A DNA stretch of 63,306 bases, counting the filler, from Globobulimina sp. (Eukaryota), in NCBI GenBank assembly GCA_003354225.1. It is 27 parts of 27 records of this genome, joined end to end, with 100 filler letters (N's around TTAATTAATTAA, not from the genome) between each part and the next. Parts side by side here need not be neighbours in the genome. Positions count along the whole stretch, not along the records: positions 1 to 2,251 come from PIVH01007882.1; positions 2,352 to 4,602 come from PIVH01007883.1; positions 4,703 to 6,952 come from PIVH01007884.1; positions 7,053 to 9,302 come from PIVH01007885.1; positions 9,403 to 11,652 come from PIVH01007886.1; 22 more parts are not named here. One strand, given 5' to 3'. Positions within the stretch are counted from its first letter, which is position 1; every line of letters starts with the position of its first letter. The translations under genes were made by a program, and so were the position numbers. The notes below the pieces were generated by a model. It was not told the DNA's origin. It worked only from the letters and a program-made list of their open reading frames with translations, and searched no databases. Below are positions 1 to 11,752 of this stretch, in pieces.

Positions 1-448
1 AAGTTATTGCAGTTTGGGAAAGTATCGGATTTGTTCAAATTTGTAATACTGAATATTGGGTGAGATGTGAAGCAGAAAATACATTGGTTGAATAAAATAC
101 AAATAATTTAACAAATTAAGAAACATTAACAAATTATCTGAATGGTTGCAAATCAGAACTTTTTGTTTTACATATCCACTTTTTCTATGAATTACTTCAG
201 CATCAACATCATTATTTGTATTTGCATGAATATATCCAATTAAACAACTATAGTAACCCTAATTTAACTGCTACCGCGGAATTCAACTCCGTATTGGTGT
301 CGCAGTAGTACGTCCACAATGAAGATTTGGTCGCTGTATCGATGTCAAGTGCAGGGAATACATATACCGACGTAATACCGTGAATTGTTTTTTGAATGTT
401 AGTGAATATTAACAGTTTTTTTTAATTTTTTTTCCAAGTTGGGAAAGA

Positions 449-2251
449 ATGGCCTATCTGTCAAAACAAACCGAAAGTGTTGTCAATCAACTCCCCAAAA
501 CAGACAACCCACACTTAGATGAATTATTACGTATAATGGTCGGTCGCTTTGAAGTATTAGTAAACCGTGGCTTTTTAGCGCCACATTTCCTCACCAAAAT
601 GGTTCAAAACCCTCAAGAAGTCGTAAAATTCATACGTCAAAACCGAGCCGTAGTAGCAGACACTTTAAACAAACGTTTAGACAAAAAACAACGACCTTCG
701 CCACAACAATTAGAGCGAATGGGCATAGTCCCCAAAGGCTATTGGCATTATGGCCACGACCTAGCCACCAAAGCAAAACATCGTCGTAAATCCTCCGCTG
801 GCCAGGACCTCGAAGTTATGTTAAAACTGCGGCCCCCAAAAGAAGAAATTATAAAAAAAGGCGTTGTGCGCAAAGCACAGATGGAATATGGCGACTACTA
901 CGAATTGGATGACACCAAATTAGATGACATGATCTACGAAGATGAGGATAACGCATACTACGACACTGCCGATGACCAATTTGATATCATGTTAGGCAGC
1001 AATCTGCGCCTAAACCCTGATGGAATACCATGGGAAATCTCCATTTTATCGAGTTTATTATTTAAAACCATCGCAGAAGCGCTGAAACGATCATGTCTCG
1101 ACACACAGCAGCAAGAAAGCATTGTGTTGCAGGAAATGATTGAAATGAACACTGAGATGAAGTCCTTACGCGATGTGTTGGACAAATACTTGTTAAGCAA
1201 TGATATCTCGGCCACTGTCATACATGAACAGGACGAGAATATGGTTCGTGATAAGTTCCACAGCATACAAGAAAAGTTACTGCATATCAGCCAGCGGCAG
1301 AATAGAATCCACGAAAAGTTGCGTATATTGCACTCAGTGGAACGGTCTATGATTCAGTTACAGAATAATTACCAAATCCGCTTGTCAGCGTTGAAGAAGA
1401 GTGAAATGAAAATTTTGTCGAGTTTACAGGAGGAGAAGCAGCGGAGGGACAGAGCCCTTAAGATTATGTATGCAGAAAAGTCGCACAAATCGTGGGCAAT
1501 GACCAAGTTGGATTATACCATCAATATCATCCATTCCTGCGCGGCCGCCCAGGACAGCTATGTTCAGAAAGACGATGTTGAGTTTGTTTCTGAGCTGGAA
1601 AAGTTTCTGGCTTCCTTGCGGAATATAAGCGAACATCAGAAACAAATCGTACATGAGTTTGATACCATTATTGACGATTTGGAGTGCAGTTTGTTGTCGG
1701 TCCGATATGATATGAGTAAGGTTCGCACCATGACGTTTAAAAAGATATACGATTTGCATAAACAAGTGCAGATCGCAGAGAGTTTGGAGTTAGGCAACCG
1801 ACGGATATCGGTGGCCTCTGCCACGGAGATTGAGAAGGAACGACGCCATCATAAGATTAAGATACGAGTACGTATATATGTATATATGTCTATATTTATA
1901 TATATTATATACTTTTTTTATATAGAGGCAGTTGAATACATTGAATAAAGAGATTATGGGTTTGAAGTTGAATGATTATTATGTGATTTATGAAAAGAAT
2001 TTGCGAGAGATTATTGATATAGAAACGATAATGAGTCATAAGCACTGCAAAGCATATTTTAGTGTGTATTTGCAATGCATGGCGCAGTGTATAATGGATA
2101 TTGAACTGACGTTTAATAATTTGAACAGTGAGTTGCCGCCAATGGATGGGGGCAAAGTGAATAATTTATGTAATACGTTGTATGGCATTGAGAGTGTGTT
2201 GAATGAGATAGATATTAATGGATTGTCGTTGGGCGAGAAGTTGTTGATTTG
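449..2251 (+). CDS. RPEL-repeat (G-actin-binding) coiled-coil protein, possible RGS-like region; 3' partial; intron 1868-1925
   Basis: Motifs LNKRLDKKQRPSPQQLERMGIV and LEVMLKLRPPKEEIIKKGVV fit the RPEL consensus. A 58-nt GTACGT...TATAG intron joins ORF 449 in frame to ORF 1932 (IR|RQLNTLNKE). Confidence 0.7.
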
Positions 2252-2351
2252 NNNNNNNNNNNNNNNNNNNNNNNNNNNNNNNNNNNNNNNNNNNNTTAAT
2301 TAATTAANNNNNNNNNNNNNNNNNNNNNNNNNNNNNNNNNNNNNNNNNNNN
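2252..2351. other. Artificial contig-joining spacer (N44-TTAATTAATTAA-N44), first of 26
   Basis: The same 100-nt spacer recurs about every 2.35 kb (starts 2252, 4603, 6953, 9303 ... 58615, 60961). TTAATTAATTAA gives stops in all six frames. Contig lengths fall steadily from 2251 to 2246. Confidence 0.99.
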
Positions 2352-3219
2352 GCATAAATGGAATATATAAGAAACGATTGAATTGGAGAGTTACTTCCAA
2401 TTACAATTTGTTTGAAATCTCCATTTTTTTTAATTTCTAATTTCAATTTTAATTTTTGCCGATTTGAAACGTTAATTTGTGCAAGGATAGTAAGAAAAAC
2501 CTTAAAAACTTTACTTTTGAGTAGTAGACAATGGAACCTTTGATTAAATTTCGCCTATTTGTAACCAACATTTCCCAACGATATATCCAAAAAGATAACC
2601 CAGGTTCAGTTATCATTGAAAGAAATGCATTAAAGTCAGTTGAGAAGTTCAGAGGTTCAGAAGTTGAATTATTAATGATCTACGATACTTTTATCCACCA
2701 ACTTCCGAACATCCGAACCTCTCAAGTCTCAACGCATAAACTTCTAAACCTCTGACTTTAATGCATTTTATACAGAAACTTTGTGTTAGTTTGCTATAGC
2801 TTTGTGTTGGTTTGTTCATATTTGTACGACAACTTAGATTTGAATGACATATATTATGATAGCATCATATCGAAAATTATTTTCTTCAAATCTTGCTACT
2901 CCATATTATTCAAAAACGCTGTGCTAATAAAATTGACAGCATGCAAGCAACATTAAAAAAAATACTCTCATAATAAATCAAAAATACACAAACTGAAAAA
3001 TGTAAAAAAAAATGAATAAAAAAGAAAAATTGAATAACAAAATTCGTAATTGTTGGTAGGTCGCAATGGCAAATGTACACATACAAAATGAATAGAAATA
3101 TAAAATTACGACCTACCTCCAAATATTTTAGAATTTCTGAATAAATCAACAATATTAATATTAATACAAAACATGCAACACACAAAACAAATACACGTAA
3201 TAATATAATATAATATCCA

Positions 3220-4137
3220 TCAAAACATTGAATTTACTCTTTTCACTCCTTTCCGTCTCTTTCGTTTTTTAATTTTATTCCTTCTCCTCCTTTTTGGTAC
3301 ATATACGTTAGGTTTCTTCTTCAATGCCATTCCTAAATTAATCACCAATCCCGCATCGGATTCGATTCCTTCCTCATGGTATGGCCCATTGCTTAGATCC
3401 ACAAACTATATACAATGCAAATACAAAACAAAAAGTAAAAACCCAAACGTTTGCACTTTGCAACTTTGTAGTTTGTACACACAGACAAACAAAACACGCA
3501 CATAATTATAATCGACACTTCTTTTGTGGGTTTTATGCGTTTTACTTTTACCGCGATCCGAATATTCAGAAGATGCGTCATTATCACTTTCAATAATATC
3601 CATTTCATCAAAATATGCCTTGCAAATATTCAACGTATTCTGTTGTATAATATCACTTTGTAATTGCCCCTTTAATTTGTAATCGACTGCATCTTGAATG
3701 CTTTCCTCGTCTTCCTTCCCTTCGCTTTGGTCAATCGATGTATTTATATCGACGGTGCTATAGCTGCTATTATTTGTATGTCCGCTGGGATTGTCCGGCA
3801 AGTCAATGGTTGCAATGCCGAGATCTAATGATGATGCGTCGGAACAATAGGATTCTTCAATCATTATAGGTGCCGGAATGGGGAGGAAACGTGATTTGCT
3901 ATCAATGGATTGCTGTTGGGAGGGATTGAATTTTATGGTATTTGTATTTCGAATCAGTTTGCGGTGTTTTGATTTGTTTGTAGGAGATGGGGCTTCACCT
4001 TTTAATATTTCAATATAATTGGGGACGCAAAAGCATTTATAGCATTTTTTATTGTCTTGTGCTTTATTTCTATTGTTGCAATCGTCTGTTATTGCTTCAA
4101 GGAGCTGGATGGTGTTATCTACGTAGGTATTTCCCAT
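3220..4137 (-). CDS. Hypothetical protein with acidic middle and basic C-terminus; intron 3406-3501
   Basis: ATG at 4137 (MGNTY). A phase-0 GTGCGT...TATAG intron joins ORF 3406..4269 to ORF 3220..3402 in frame. Confidence 0.6.
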
Positions 4138-4433
4138 GGTTAGTAAGGAGGAAAAAGATTTTAAAATTGTTTTTAACTTTATCTCAAACTTTCGTAAAAA
4201 ATATGCAGAAAAAGCAAAATCATTTATGCAAGTTGATGATGATACTGTGCTGTTGGTACATGGATACATTAGGAGGTGCGCGTTGTTCTTTCGACGGGAG
4301 ACGAACTTGGATGATTAGTGTGGTGTGGTTGCACCATGTTTCAGGACAAGTGAGTGGTAGCAGAGGTATCTCTGGTCACAGTGATACAGAATCTGCACGA
4401 ATTGGCTGTACAACATGTTCTTTGTTTTAATTG

Positions 4434-4489
4434 ACTTTGTGCTGGATTTGCAAACCTAAGACAAAGTTATAACAAACCCAGTACAAAGT
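4434..4489. repeat. About 56-bp hairpin / mini-MITE repeat, copy 1
   Basis: ACTTTGTGCTGGATTTG ... CAAACCCAGTACAAAGT form 17-bp inverted repeats (15/17). The reverse complement aligns with 4781-4842 in the next contig. Confidence 0.65.
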
Positions 4490-4780
4490 GGCGGAGGCTA
4501 CGCTGTATTCACAGAATAAGTTTGAGAAATATTGTGTTGGATATCCATTTATGGGCTGTACTGTATTTGCCTTATTTGTAACGGTGCCATTGTATCTTTT
4601 ATNNNNNNNNNNNNNNNNNNNNNNNNNNNNNNNNNNNNNNNNNNNNTTAATTAATTAANNNNNNNNNNNNNNNNNNNNNNNNNNNNNNNNNNNNNNNNNN
4701 NNTATAATTGAATAAAATGTATACAACTTATCGACCAAGTGGAAACGCTTAATTATCTGAGAAACTCTTTTCAAATCCGG

Positions 4781-4842
4781 GTTTGTTCTGTGTTTGTTAT
4801 AAGTTATAACTAGGTCTCGGCTTTGCAAATCCAGAACAAAGT
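4781..4842. repeat. About 60-bp hairpin / mini-MITE repeat, copy 2
   Basis: TTTGTTCTG...CAGAACAAA inverted arms. Shares TTTGCAAATCCAG(A/C)ACAAAGT and GTTTGTTATAA with the reverse complement of 4434-4489. Confidence 0.65.
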
Positions 4843-4880
4843 AAGAACAAATTTATAATTGAAACAAACAACAGATTATT

Positions 4881-6029
4881 TCAAGGAATTAGCAGTATTT
4901 TATTGACTGTTTGTCGAGACTCTAACAAATCATGTGCTTGTTTCACATCATATAATTTGAATTCATGTCCTATCGCAATCTTTAATTTGCCATCTTTAAT
5001 CCATTGAAATACATCATCATATATCTCATATATTTCTTGTTTGTTTGTAACATAATGCCTCAAACTCGGACGTATCAAACTAACCGAACCTTGTTTAGTT
5101 AACTCCAATATATCAAAATCTGGAACTTTCCCAGATGCATTACCAAAATAAACAATCCATCCTCTTGTCTTGACACATTTCAATGAATCTTCCCATGTGT
5201 TTCTACCAATTCCATCAAATACAATGTCAACCCCCGTACCCACTGTTAGTTCCATAATCTCCTCATAAAAATTATCATATCCAATTATCACTGTATCAGC
5301 ACCAGCTGATTCTGCAATGTTATATTTCTTTTCATTTCCAACAGTTGTAATCACCAAATTCGAATGCAATATATTTTTAATAATTTGTATTAATATATTT
5401 CCTGTACCTCCAGCTCCAGAATGAACCAATACAGATTTATTTCTGTTTATATTTGTTATGCTATGTGATAAATAATGCGCTGTTAATACTTGAATGCCAA
5501 TCGACGCTCCAACTTTGTGAATGTAATCATCATTGTTACTGTCTGTGCTTTGGTTTATAATTTGTATCATATCCGCTGTCATTTTGATGAGTGATAATGT
5601 ATTTTCATCGCATAGTAAATGTGTTGAATATGATCCTTGTATACTGAACCAAAATACTTTGTCCTTTACAGCATATTTTGTAACATTTCCACCAATCATT
5701 TGAATAATCCCTGATCCCTCCAAACCAATGTTTGTCACACCGGGATATAACCCATTTCTATGATAAGTATCGACGTAATTAATGCCTGATGCTTTCACTT
5801 CAATCAACACATCGTTTGGAAGTAAATCATTGTCTGTTGATGGAATGTCAAATGGTTGGAACAGTAATTTTTCGGCACCACCTCGATCTTGTGCATCCAC
5901 AACAATTCTGTATGGTTTATTAATGTCAATATTCCCATCACATGTTGCAAATGATCGATTCGGATCAGAATCAACATTTGCGTCGCAAATTGCAATTAAA
6001 ATAGAGATTTCCAACCAGTGAAGCGACAT
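4881..6029 (-). CDS. qor: NADPH:quinone oxidoreductase (zeta-crystallin/QOR, MDR family) with a short hydrophobic N-terminal extension
   Basis: Motifs VKASGINYVDTYHRNGLYP, GLEGSG, VLVHSGAGGTG, GVDIVFDGIG, FGNASG and AHDLLESRQT. Likely start is the ATG at 6029 (MSLHWLEISILIAIC); the longer ORF extension is antisense to the neighbouring gene. Confidence 0.9.
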   Translation of the reverse strand: MSLHWLEISILIAICDANVDSDPNRSFATCDGNIDINKPYRIVVDAQDRGGAEKLLFQPFDIPSTDNDLLPNDVLIEVKASGINYVDTYHRNGLYPGVTNIGLEGSGIIQMIGGNVTKYAVKDKVFWFSIQGSYSTHLLCDENTLSLIKMTADMIQIINQSTDSNNDDYIHKVGASIGIQVLTAHYLSHSITNINRNKSVLVHSGAGGTGNILIQIIKNILHSNLVITTVGNEKKYNIAESAGADTVIIGYDNFYEEIMELTVGTGVDIVFDGIGRNTWEDSLKCVKTRGWIVYFGNASGKVPDFDILELTKQGSVSLIRPSLRHYVTNKQEIYEIYDDVFQWIKDGKLKIAIGHEFKLYDVKQAHDLLESRQTVNKILLIP

Positions 6030-6051
6030 TATAATTGATAATTTATAAAGT

Positions 6052-6831
6052 ATGTTTTTGAAAAGTTTTTCTGTTTGCAGATGTGGTCGGATCTGCGTCA
6101 GCAAAATAACACATAAACCACTGCCTGGAATTACAAACATTACAAGTAGACGTTCCTCAAACCGGACTGATACGTCGAGTGACTTTGTACCTGATGATAT
6201 TATAAGATTTTGGTTTGGTGATATAAATTCAAGAAGGACTGTAATACCACATGAAGTTAGTAACAAATGGTTTATGGGCGGCAAGGAGTTTGATGAGCAA
6301 ATAATTACATTGTTTGGTGGTTTTATGAATAGTATATTGGGTGAAACATCAAGTTTACTTAAAATATGGTTATCATCATTGCAGGGCACAGTGGCATATA
6401 TAATTATTGCGGATCAATTCGCGCGCAATGTATACCGTAGTACACCAAAAGCATTTGAAAACGATGAGTATGCACAAAATGTTGTATATAAATGTATAGA
6501 GAATGGAAATGATAAAAAGATATTTGAATTACATCCTGCATTTAATGCGTTTTTGTACATGCCATTGATGCACAGTGAGAATATAAAAGATCATGATATG
6601 TTCATACAATGTCAGGAATGGATGTTGAGTAATTTGGAAAAAGACCATCAGTTTTATAGTTTTTTAGAGAGACAAACGGAAATTTCCAAAGGTCATAGAC
6701 AAATTATAGCAAAATTTGGTAGATTTCCGCAAAGGAACGAGATTTTAGAAAGAGAATCAACTGAGGAAGAACTACAATATATTAAAGACCATAATTTGAT
6801 GCGACTAATCCATAGAACACCTCCATCATAA
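6052..6831 (+). CDS. DUF924 family protein with possible mitochondrial presequence
   Basis: IIRFWFG, WF..GKEFDEQI, IIIADQFARNVYR.TP.AF..D, FLYMPLMHSE and H..II.KFGRFPQRN.IL.R.ST.EE are DUF924 hallmarks. The N-terminus is rich in R/S and lacks acidic residues. Confidence 0.88.
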   Translation: MFLKSFSVCRCGRICVSKITHKPLPGITNITSRRSSNRTDTSSDFVPDDIIRFWFGDINSRRTVIPHEVSNKWFMGGKEFDEQIITLFGGFMNSILGETSSLLKIWLSSLQGTVAYIIIADQFARNVYRSTPKAFENDEYAQNVVYKCIENGNDKKIFELHPAFNAFLYMPLMHSENIKDHDMFIQCQEWMLSNLEKDHQFYSFLERQTEISKGHRQIIAKFGRFPQRNEILERESTEEELQYIKDHNLMRLIHRTPPS

Positions 6832-7053
6832 TACTAATCGCCAACAAACGCATTGCCGCAACAGTTTCATTCTTAATTCTTTTTATCATAATTTTTACCT
6901 TTGCCAGTCACTAGAAACGGTTTGCTTCGACCGTTGCCCAATAAAAATATAANNNNNNNNNNNNNNNNNNNNNNNNNNNNNNNNNNNNNNNNNNNNTTAA
7001 TTAATTAANNNNNNNNNNNNNNNNNNNNNNNNNNNNNNNNNNNNNNNNNNNNT

Positions 7054-9067
7054 GATTACGAAATTGATTGTGCAAACCGCGAAGATGAACGATTTGACAC
7101 AGATGGAAATGAGTGTGTACCATGTGAAGAAAGAGGATATTTTTGTCATGACAGCACCGCCAAATGTATACCACCACAATGGAAATGTGATGGATGGAGT
7201 GATTGTCAATTATGGGATGATGAAACATATTGTACACCATGCACTGATCTGCAATTTCAATGTAATGATGGTAAATGTATCGATATCTCATTATTATGTG
7301 ATTCCCATAACGATTGTTACAATGCAGAAGACGAAATACATGATATTAATGGTGACGATTGTCCAGGTACTGTTACTACTGCATATTAATAATTTAATTT
7401 TACTCCTTTTCTCATTCACTCATAAACATATATGACACTCAAAAAGCATGTCCATTCACCTGTGATACTGATACCTGTCTAACAGCGGATAAACTATGTG
7501 ATGGACACTTTGATTGTAGTGATAAAACCGATGAATGCAACACAAATATTTGTTCCAACAACCAACCAATTGAATGTAGCCAAAGCCAGAGCCAGACACA
7601 TAGCACTGTCTCACCCATAGCCACCGTCTCTCCATCTCCCTCTGCACCACATGCTAGCAGACCCATTAAAACCCCTTACGACGATACACCAAACTGGAAA
7701 TATTGTCCGAGTGATATTGTGTGGTTAGGCTTTGTCAACTCACAGCATAATGAGCATAATATTAATATGACAGCAGCAGTGTATTGGATTGAGCCGAAAG
7801 TGAGAGAGGAAGGCAAATATTATACAAAATATAGTACATCCTATAATTCTGGTGATCGGTATGCTGTTTATGTGAAATGATGCATTTTGTTTTGTTTATT
7901 TATTTATTATATATTTAGATTTGCTGCAGGTTTCTATACAATTGAATATATTGCCAAGAAAATGATGGCCAATGGTACCAGCTCCAACAGTACTGATGAT
8001 CCAATTTTTTGTTATTTGCGGGTTCTTGTGTTAGGTAAATCGGTCTGTTTTTATTTTCTTTGTGATATATAAATTTTGAATATTTTGCTGTAGATGGAAT
8101 GAGGGATTATTTAATTGCAGAATGTGAAGCTCAATCTCAAAATGACTACTTAGAATGGGAACTTGTAGTGGATGATAATAGTTATTCGATTGCTTATTTT
8201 GATATTGGTCAATATACAGCAAAAATTGAGCGGGCGAGGTTTGTGCCACAAAATGACAAATTCCATACAGATTGCTACGCGAGAATTGCATTTGAGACTG
8301 GTCTCATTCAAAATGACGAGGAAATTGTGATTCAACAAACTGTAAATTGGATGGTCTCTCACTTGTATGCATTAATTGGATTGATTGTTGGTGTTGTTTT
8401 GTTATTTATTATATTGTTGATTATTATTATTATTTTATGGAGGAAACAGGTTGAAATGAAGGAGTTTATCCTGGCTGATACTTATGATAAGGATGAAATT
8501 CCCAGCTCTGAGGATGACGGCGATGAAAGTATGGATATTCTGCAGACATTACAACAAAAAAGACCGTCCACCATTGATTTAGATATAACAACACCTGGCG
8601 GAGTGGGATATTTATCAGGAAATAACAGCATCAATACTCATAACCATATTCATGGTCAGATGCCATATATTACATCAATAACATCATCACATTCATATTC
8701 CGGGAGGTCAAATGGTAATAATAATGCAAGTAGAACGCAATTTGAATATAGTTTGGGCCATTTGAATAATAATATCAATGTTATGAAGGAAAACGATCAT
8801 GAATTATCAACAAATATTGATGATATTTCTGACACTGATTCAAGTGACTCAGAGGATGATAATGATAATTTATTACGTTTAAAAACAAAAAATAGTAAGA
8901 ATAGAAGAGGACAAACACCACCACGAAGACCAAGTATTCTCGGTGTTAATTATGAACAATTGAAATTGTTACAGGATAAGGATAATAAAAAAAAAATGGA
9001 TCGTGATGCGGATAAATTGTTGGAGGCCGAATGGGATCGAGAATCGCAAACATCACAAGGGTTCTAA
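7054..9067 (+). CDS. Single-pass membrane protein with LDL-receptor class A repeats; 5' partial; introns 7367-7446, 7859-7918, 8035-8093
   Basis: Frame from 7054 (missed by the ORF track) reads [47 protein letters not shown] and [20 protein letters not shown]. Three GT-AG introns keep the frame into ORF 8099, which has a TM helix ([23 protein letters not shown]). Confidence 0.85.
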
Positions 9068-9402
9068 ATTTAATTGATTGATGAGAATTATTATAATTGT
9101 TTTATGTTTTTTTAATTTTTGGGGGTGTTTTTCTATTTTTTGGGGGTGTTTTTTTTATAATGTGTGTTTATGTTGTATGACCTTTATAGTTTTTATCGTT
9201 TTTCATTTTTCTTTTTTTTTGCAATATATTATTGTTGTTTTATCCCCTTGGGAAAAGCGAATTTTTTGAGCTTCCCATGGGTTTTGTTTACTTAATATGG
9301 AANNNNNNNNNNNNNNNNNNNNNNNNNNNNNNNNNNNNNNNNNNNNTTAATTAATTAANNNNNNNNNNNNNNNNNNNNNNNNNNNNNNNNNNNNNNNNNN
9401 NN

Positions 9403-10655
9403 TTTGACTTTGTGGAAATATAAAATGAATAATTATTTTGTTGCAGACAAAAATGATACGGCAAATGTTCGCAAATGTCTCCATTCTCTTCAAATATCGC
9501 TTGTTTATCAAACCAATCATAGTATTCTTTTGGTTGATTTATTATTTTATTTGATAAATTCATTTCATTTTCATTTCGTTTCCATAATGTTGCCGATCTC
9601 TGATACTTACAATTTGAACGTATTAAATAATTATCAATATTCGAATACACACTCAATCCACCAAAACATGATTGAACTTGAAAATATTTCTTCTTAGAAT
9701 GTCGCGGCGGTGAATATCTTCTCCAATGTCTCCAATTGGGCCAAGTCCAGGTTCCATTCAATAAAACCGTTGCAAAAACATCATGATTGTATGGGTCATT
9801 TTGCACTCCGCGAATACACAAAACATTGTTATTATTCACAATCATATTTTTTGCTCCATACTGTAGTTCATGCCAACTGTTAATAAACTTTGTTGCATCA
9901 AATGAAATTGTATCAAAATCCACCATCATTATTTGGTTAAAATTAGTTTTTTGTTCTTTTAAATAATTTGATATATATTTTAATAAAAAATTTCGAAGAT
10001 GGATATATTTATGAATACGAGGTGTGCTGTCATTATAATCCGCCATTGAATTCCAACTGTCATTAAGTATTATTTTGTTAATATTTGCCATATGATTATT
10101 GATTTGCATCTGTTGTTGTTCGTTATTGTTAACGTTGATACATTCTTTGTCACTCATATGCCATTTATACCAATCGCATTGAAATGAAGTGGTGGTTCTA
10201 GACCATTTTTTTAATAATTTTGGTGTTGAATCTTCAGAATTTGACTCAAATATAAAAAATATTGTATTTTTAAATAAACACGAAACTGATTCCAACTGAA
10301 ACAACAATTTACTGATTACGTCCTCTGCATCTTTTACCATTCCAAGGATTACAAGACTTTGGTCCATAAAATATGGCGCCTGACATAAATATGTTGGAAT
10401 GGATGGATTTCTATGCTTGGTCGCCCATTTGCTTTTCTTTTTTGTTTTTGGTTTTTTGTTTATTTCCTGATCCGTTTCTAAGAAACGTGTTAAATTATAA
10501 TTATTGTTTGTTAAATTATCAATAACAAATACATTTCTATTGCGATCATGACTCGTTTTAACAGCATCCCAAAATGAACCAAAATAAAACCAAACTGACC
10601 AGAAATATGCAGAGAATGATAAGAGAATTAATGTTCTAAAATGAAATTTCACCAT
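9403..10655 (-). CDS. Type II membrane glycosyltransferase, CAP59/cryptococcal mannosyltransferase-like; 3' partial
   Basis: N-terminal TM anchor, then IFESNSEDST..LL..W, RI......RN..L, a DxD motif (MVDFD), VQSCFGGLSVY and CEH..YH. Confidence 0.7.
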
Positions 10656-10768
10656 TAAAAGTTGAGAATAATTTTCTTGATGTAAATTCCCAGTGGCTGC
10701 AAAATCGTTATTTGTTCCAAGTTTGGTTTGAATTCACGTACTGTACTATCTTCCGCTCTATACTGGTT

Positions 10769-11510
10769 ATGGAATTTGTGACAGTTTACTACATCACACG
10801 AAGAGGAACAACAGCACATGATCATAAATTATACAGTACAATATTATCATTGTTTATTTGTTATTTGCTGTATAATGCAACATCGAGTCTGGAATATCCA
10901 ACTGTCATGACACTAACTTCTGTGTTTTATACATTAGTTGAATATCAAAGAAAAGGGCAACCCCTATGCAGTGAAGCCACAATATTTGGATTATCCTATC
11001 AAGAGGATTTGGTGCATTTTTAAGAGGGTTTGGTGAAATGGGGGCTTTTATGTTGTTGGCGTTTATAGCATCTGATTATTATTTAAATCCGACGAAATTT
11101 ATTGACACAAACAATACATTATTATTTGTTGCTGTTATGGGCGTTTATTTATGTGTTATGATGATTGTATTTCCTTCATTCACAAATAAAATCGAAGTAT
11201 GACCGGCATTCGAATTTTGTGTTTCTTGTTAATTATGGCATCAATTGATTGTTGTGGTTATATTTTGTTATCAAATGCAGGTAGAGAGAGATTAAAATAT
11301 TTTTTTATTTTTGAATCTTTGTTGGTGTTTCAATGGAATTTATGTGGATATTTTATCTCAAAGAAACGTTATATTGCGATTGATGCGAAAGGTACAGTCT
11401 GTACACATGGAGGTATTCAGATATTGTTATTATTGTATGATTCAATCGTTGAAATGGCTGTGATTTTATCGCCTTTTGTCGTGACAACACTAAAAACACA
11501 AAAATTGTAA
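10769..11510 (+). pseudogene. Frameshifted multi-pass membrane protein remnant
   Basis: Hydrophobic coding segments continue across different frames (ORF 10712..11023, then GFGAFLRGFGEMGAFMLLAFIAS..., then ORF 11199) with no convincing introns. Confidence 0.4.
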
Positions 11511-11752
11511 TTCACAAAAAGATACAAATACAAAATATTAACAAACCCGGATAGTTTTTTCAATTTATTTTTATTTTTTTCCGAAAGAGAGCGTGTTTTT
11601 CCGTATTTATTATTCCGTATTTATTATTGAATATTATTGAATTGAATTGAATNNNNNNNNNNNNNNNNNNNNNNNNNNNNNNNNNNNNNNNNNNNNTTAA
11701 TTAATTAANNNNNNNNNNNNNNNNNNNNNNNNNNNNNNNNNNNNNNNNNNNN

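Noticed and set aside
6030-6389. 120-aa N-terminal extension of qor overlapping DUF924 in antisense
   Set aside because: It is the reverse complement of the DUF924 coding strand with no recognisable content; the ATG at 6029 is the more plausible start.
7064-7435. Met/Val-rich ORF in the ORF track
   Set aside because: Shadow frame of the real LDLa-repeat exon that starts at 7054.
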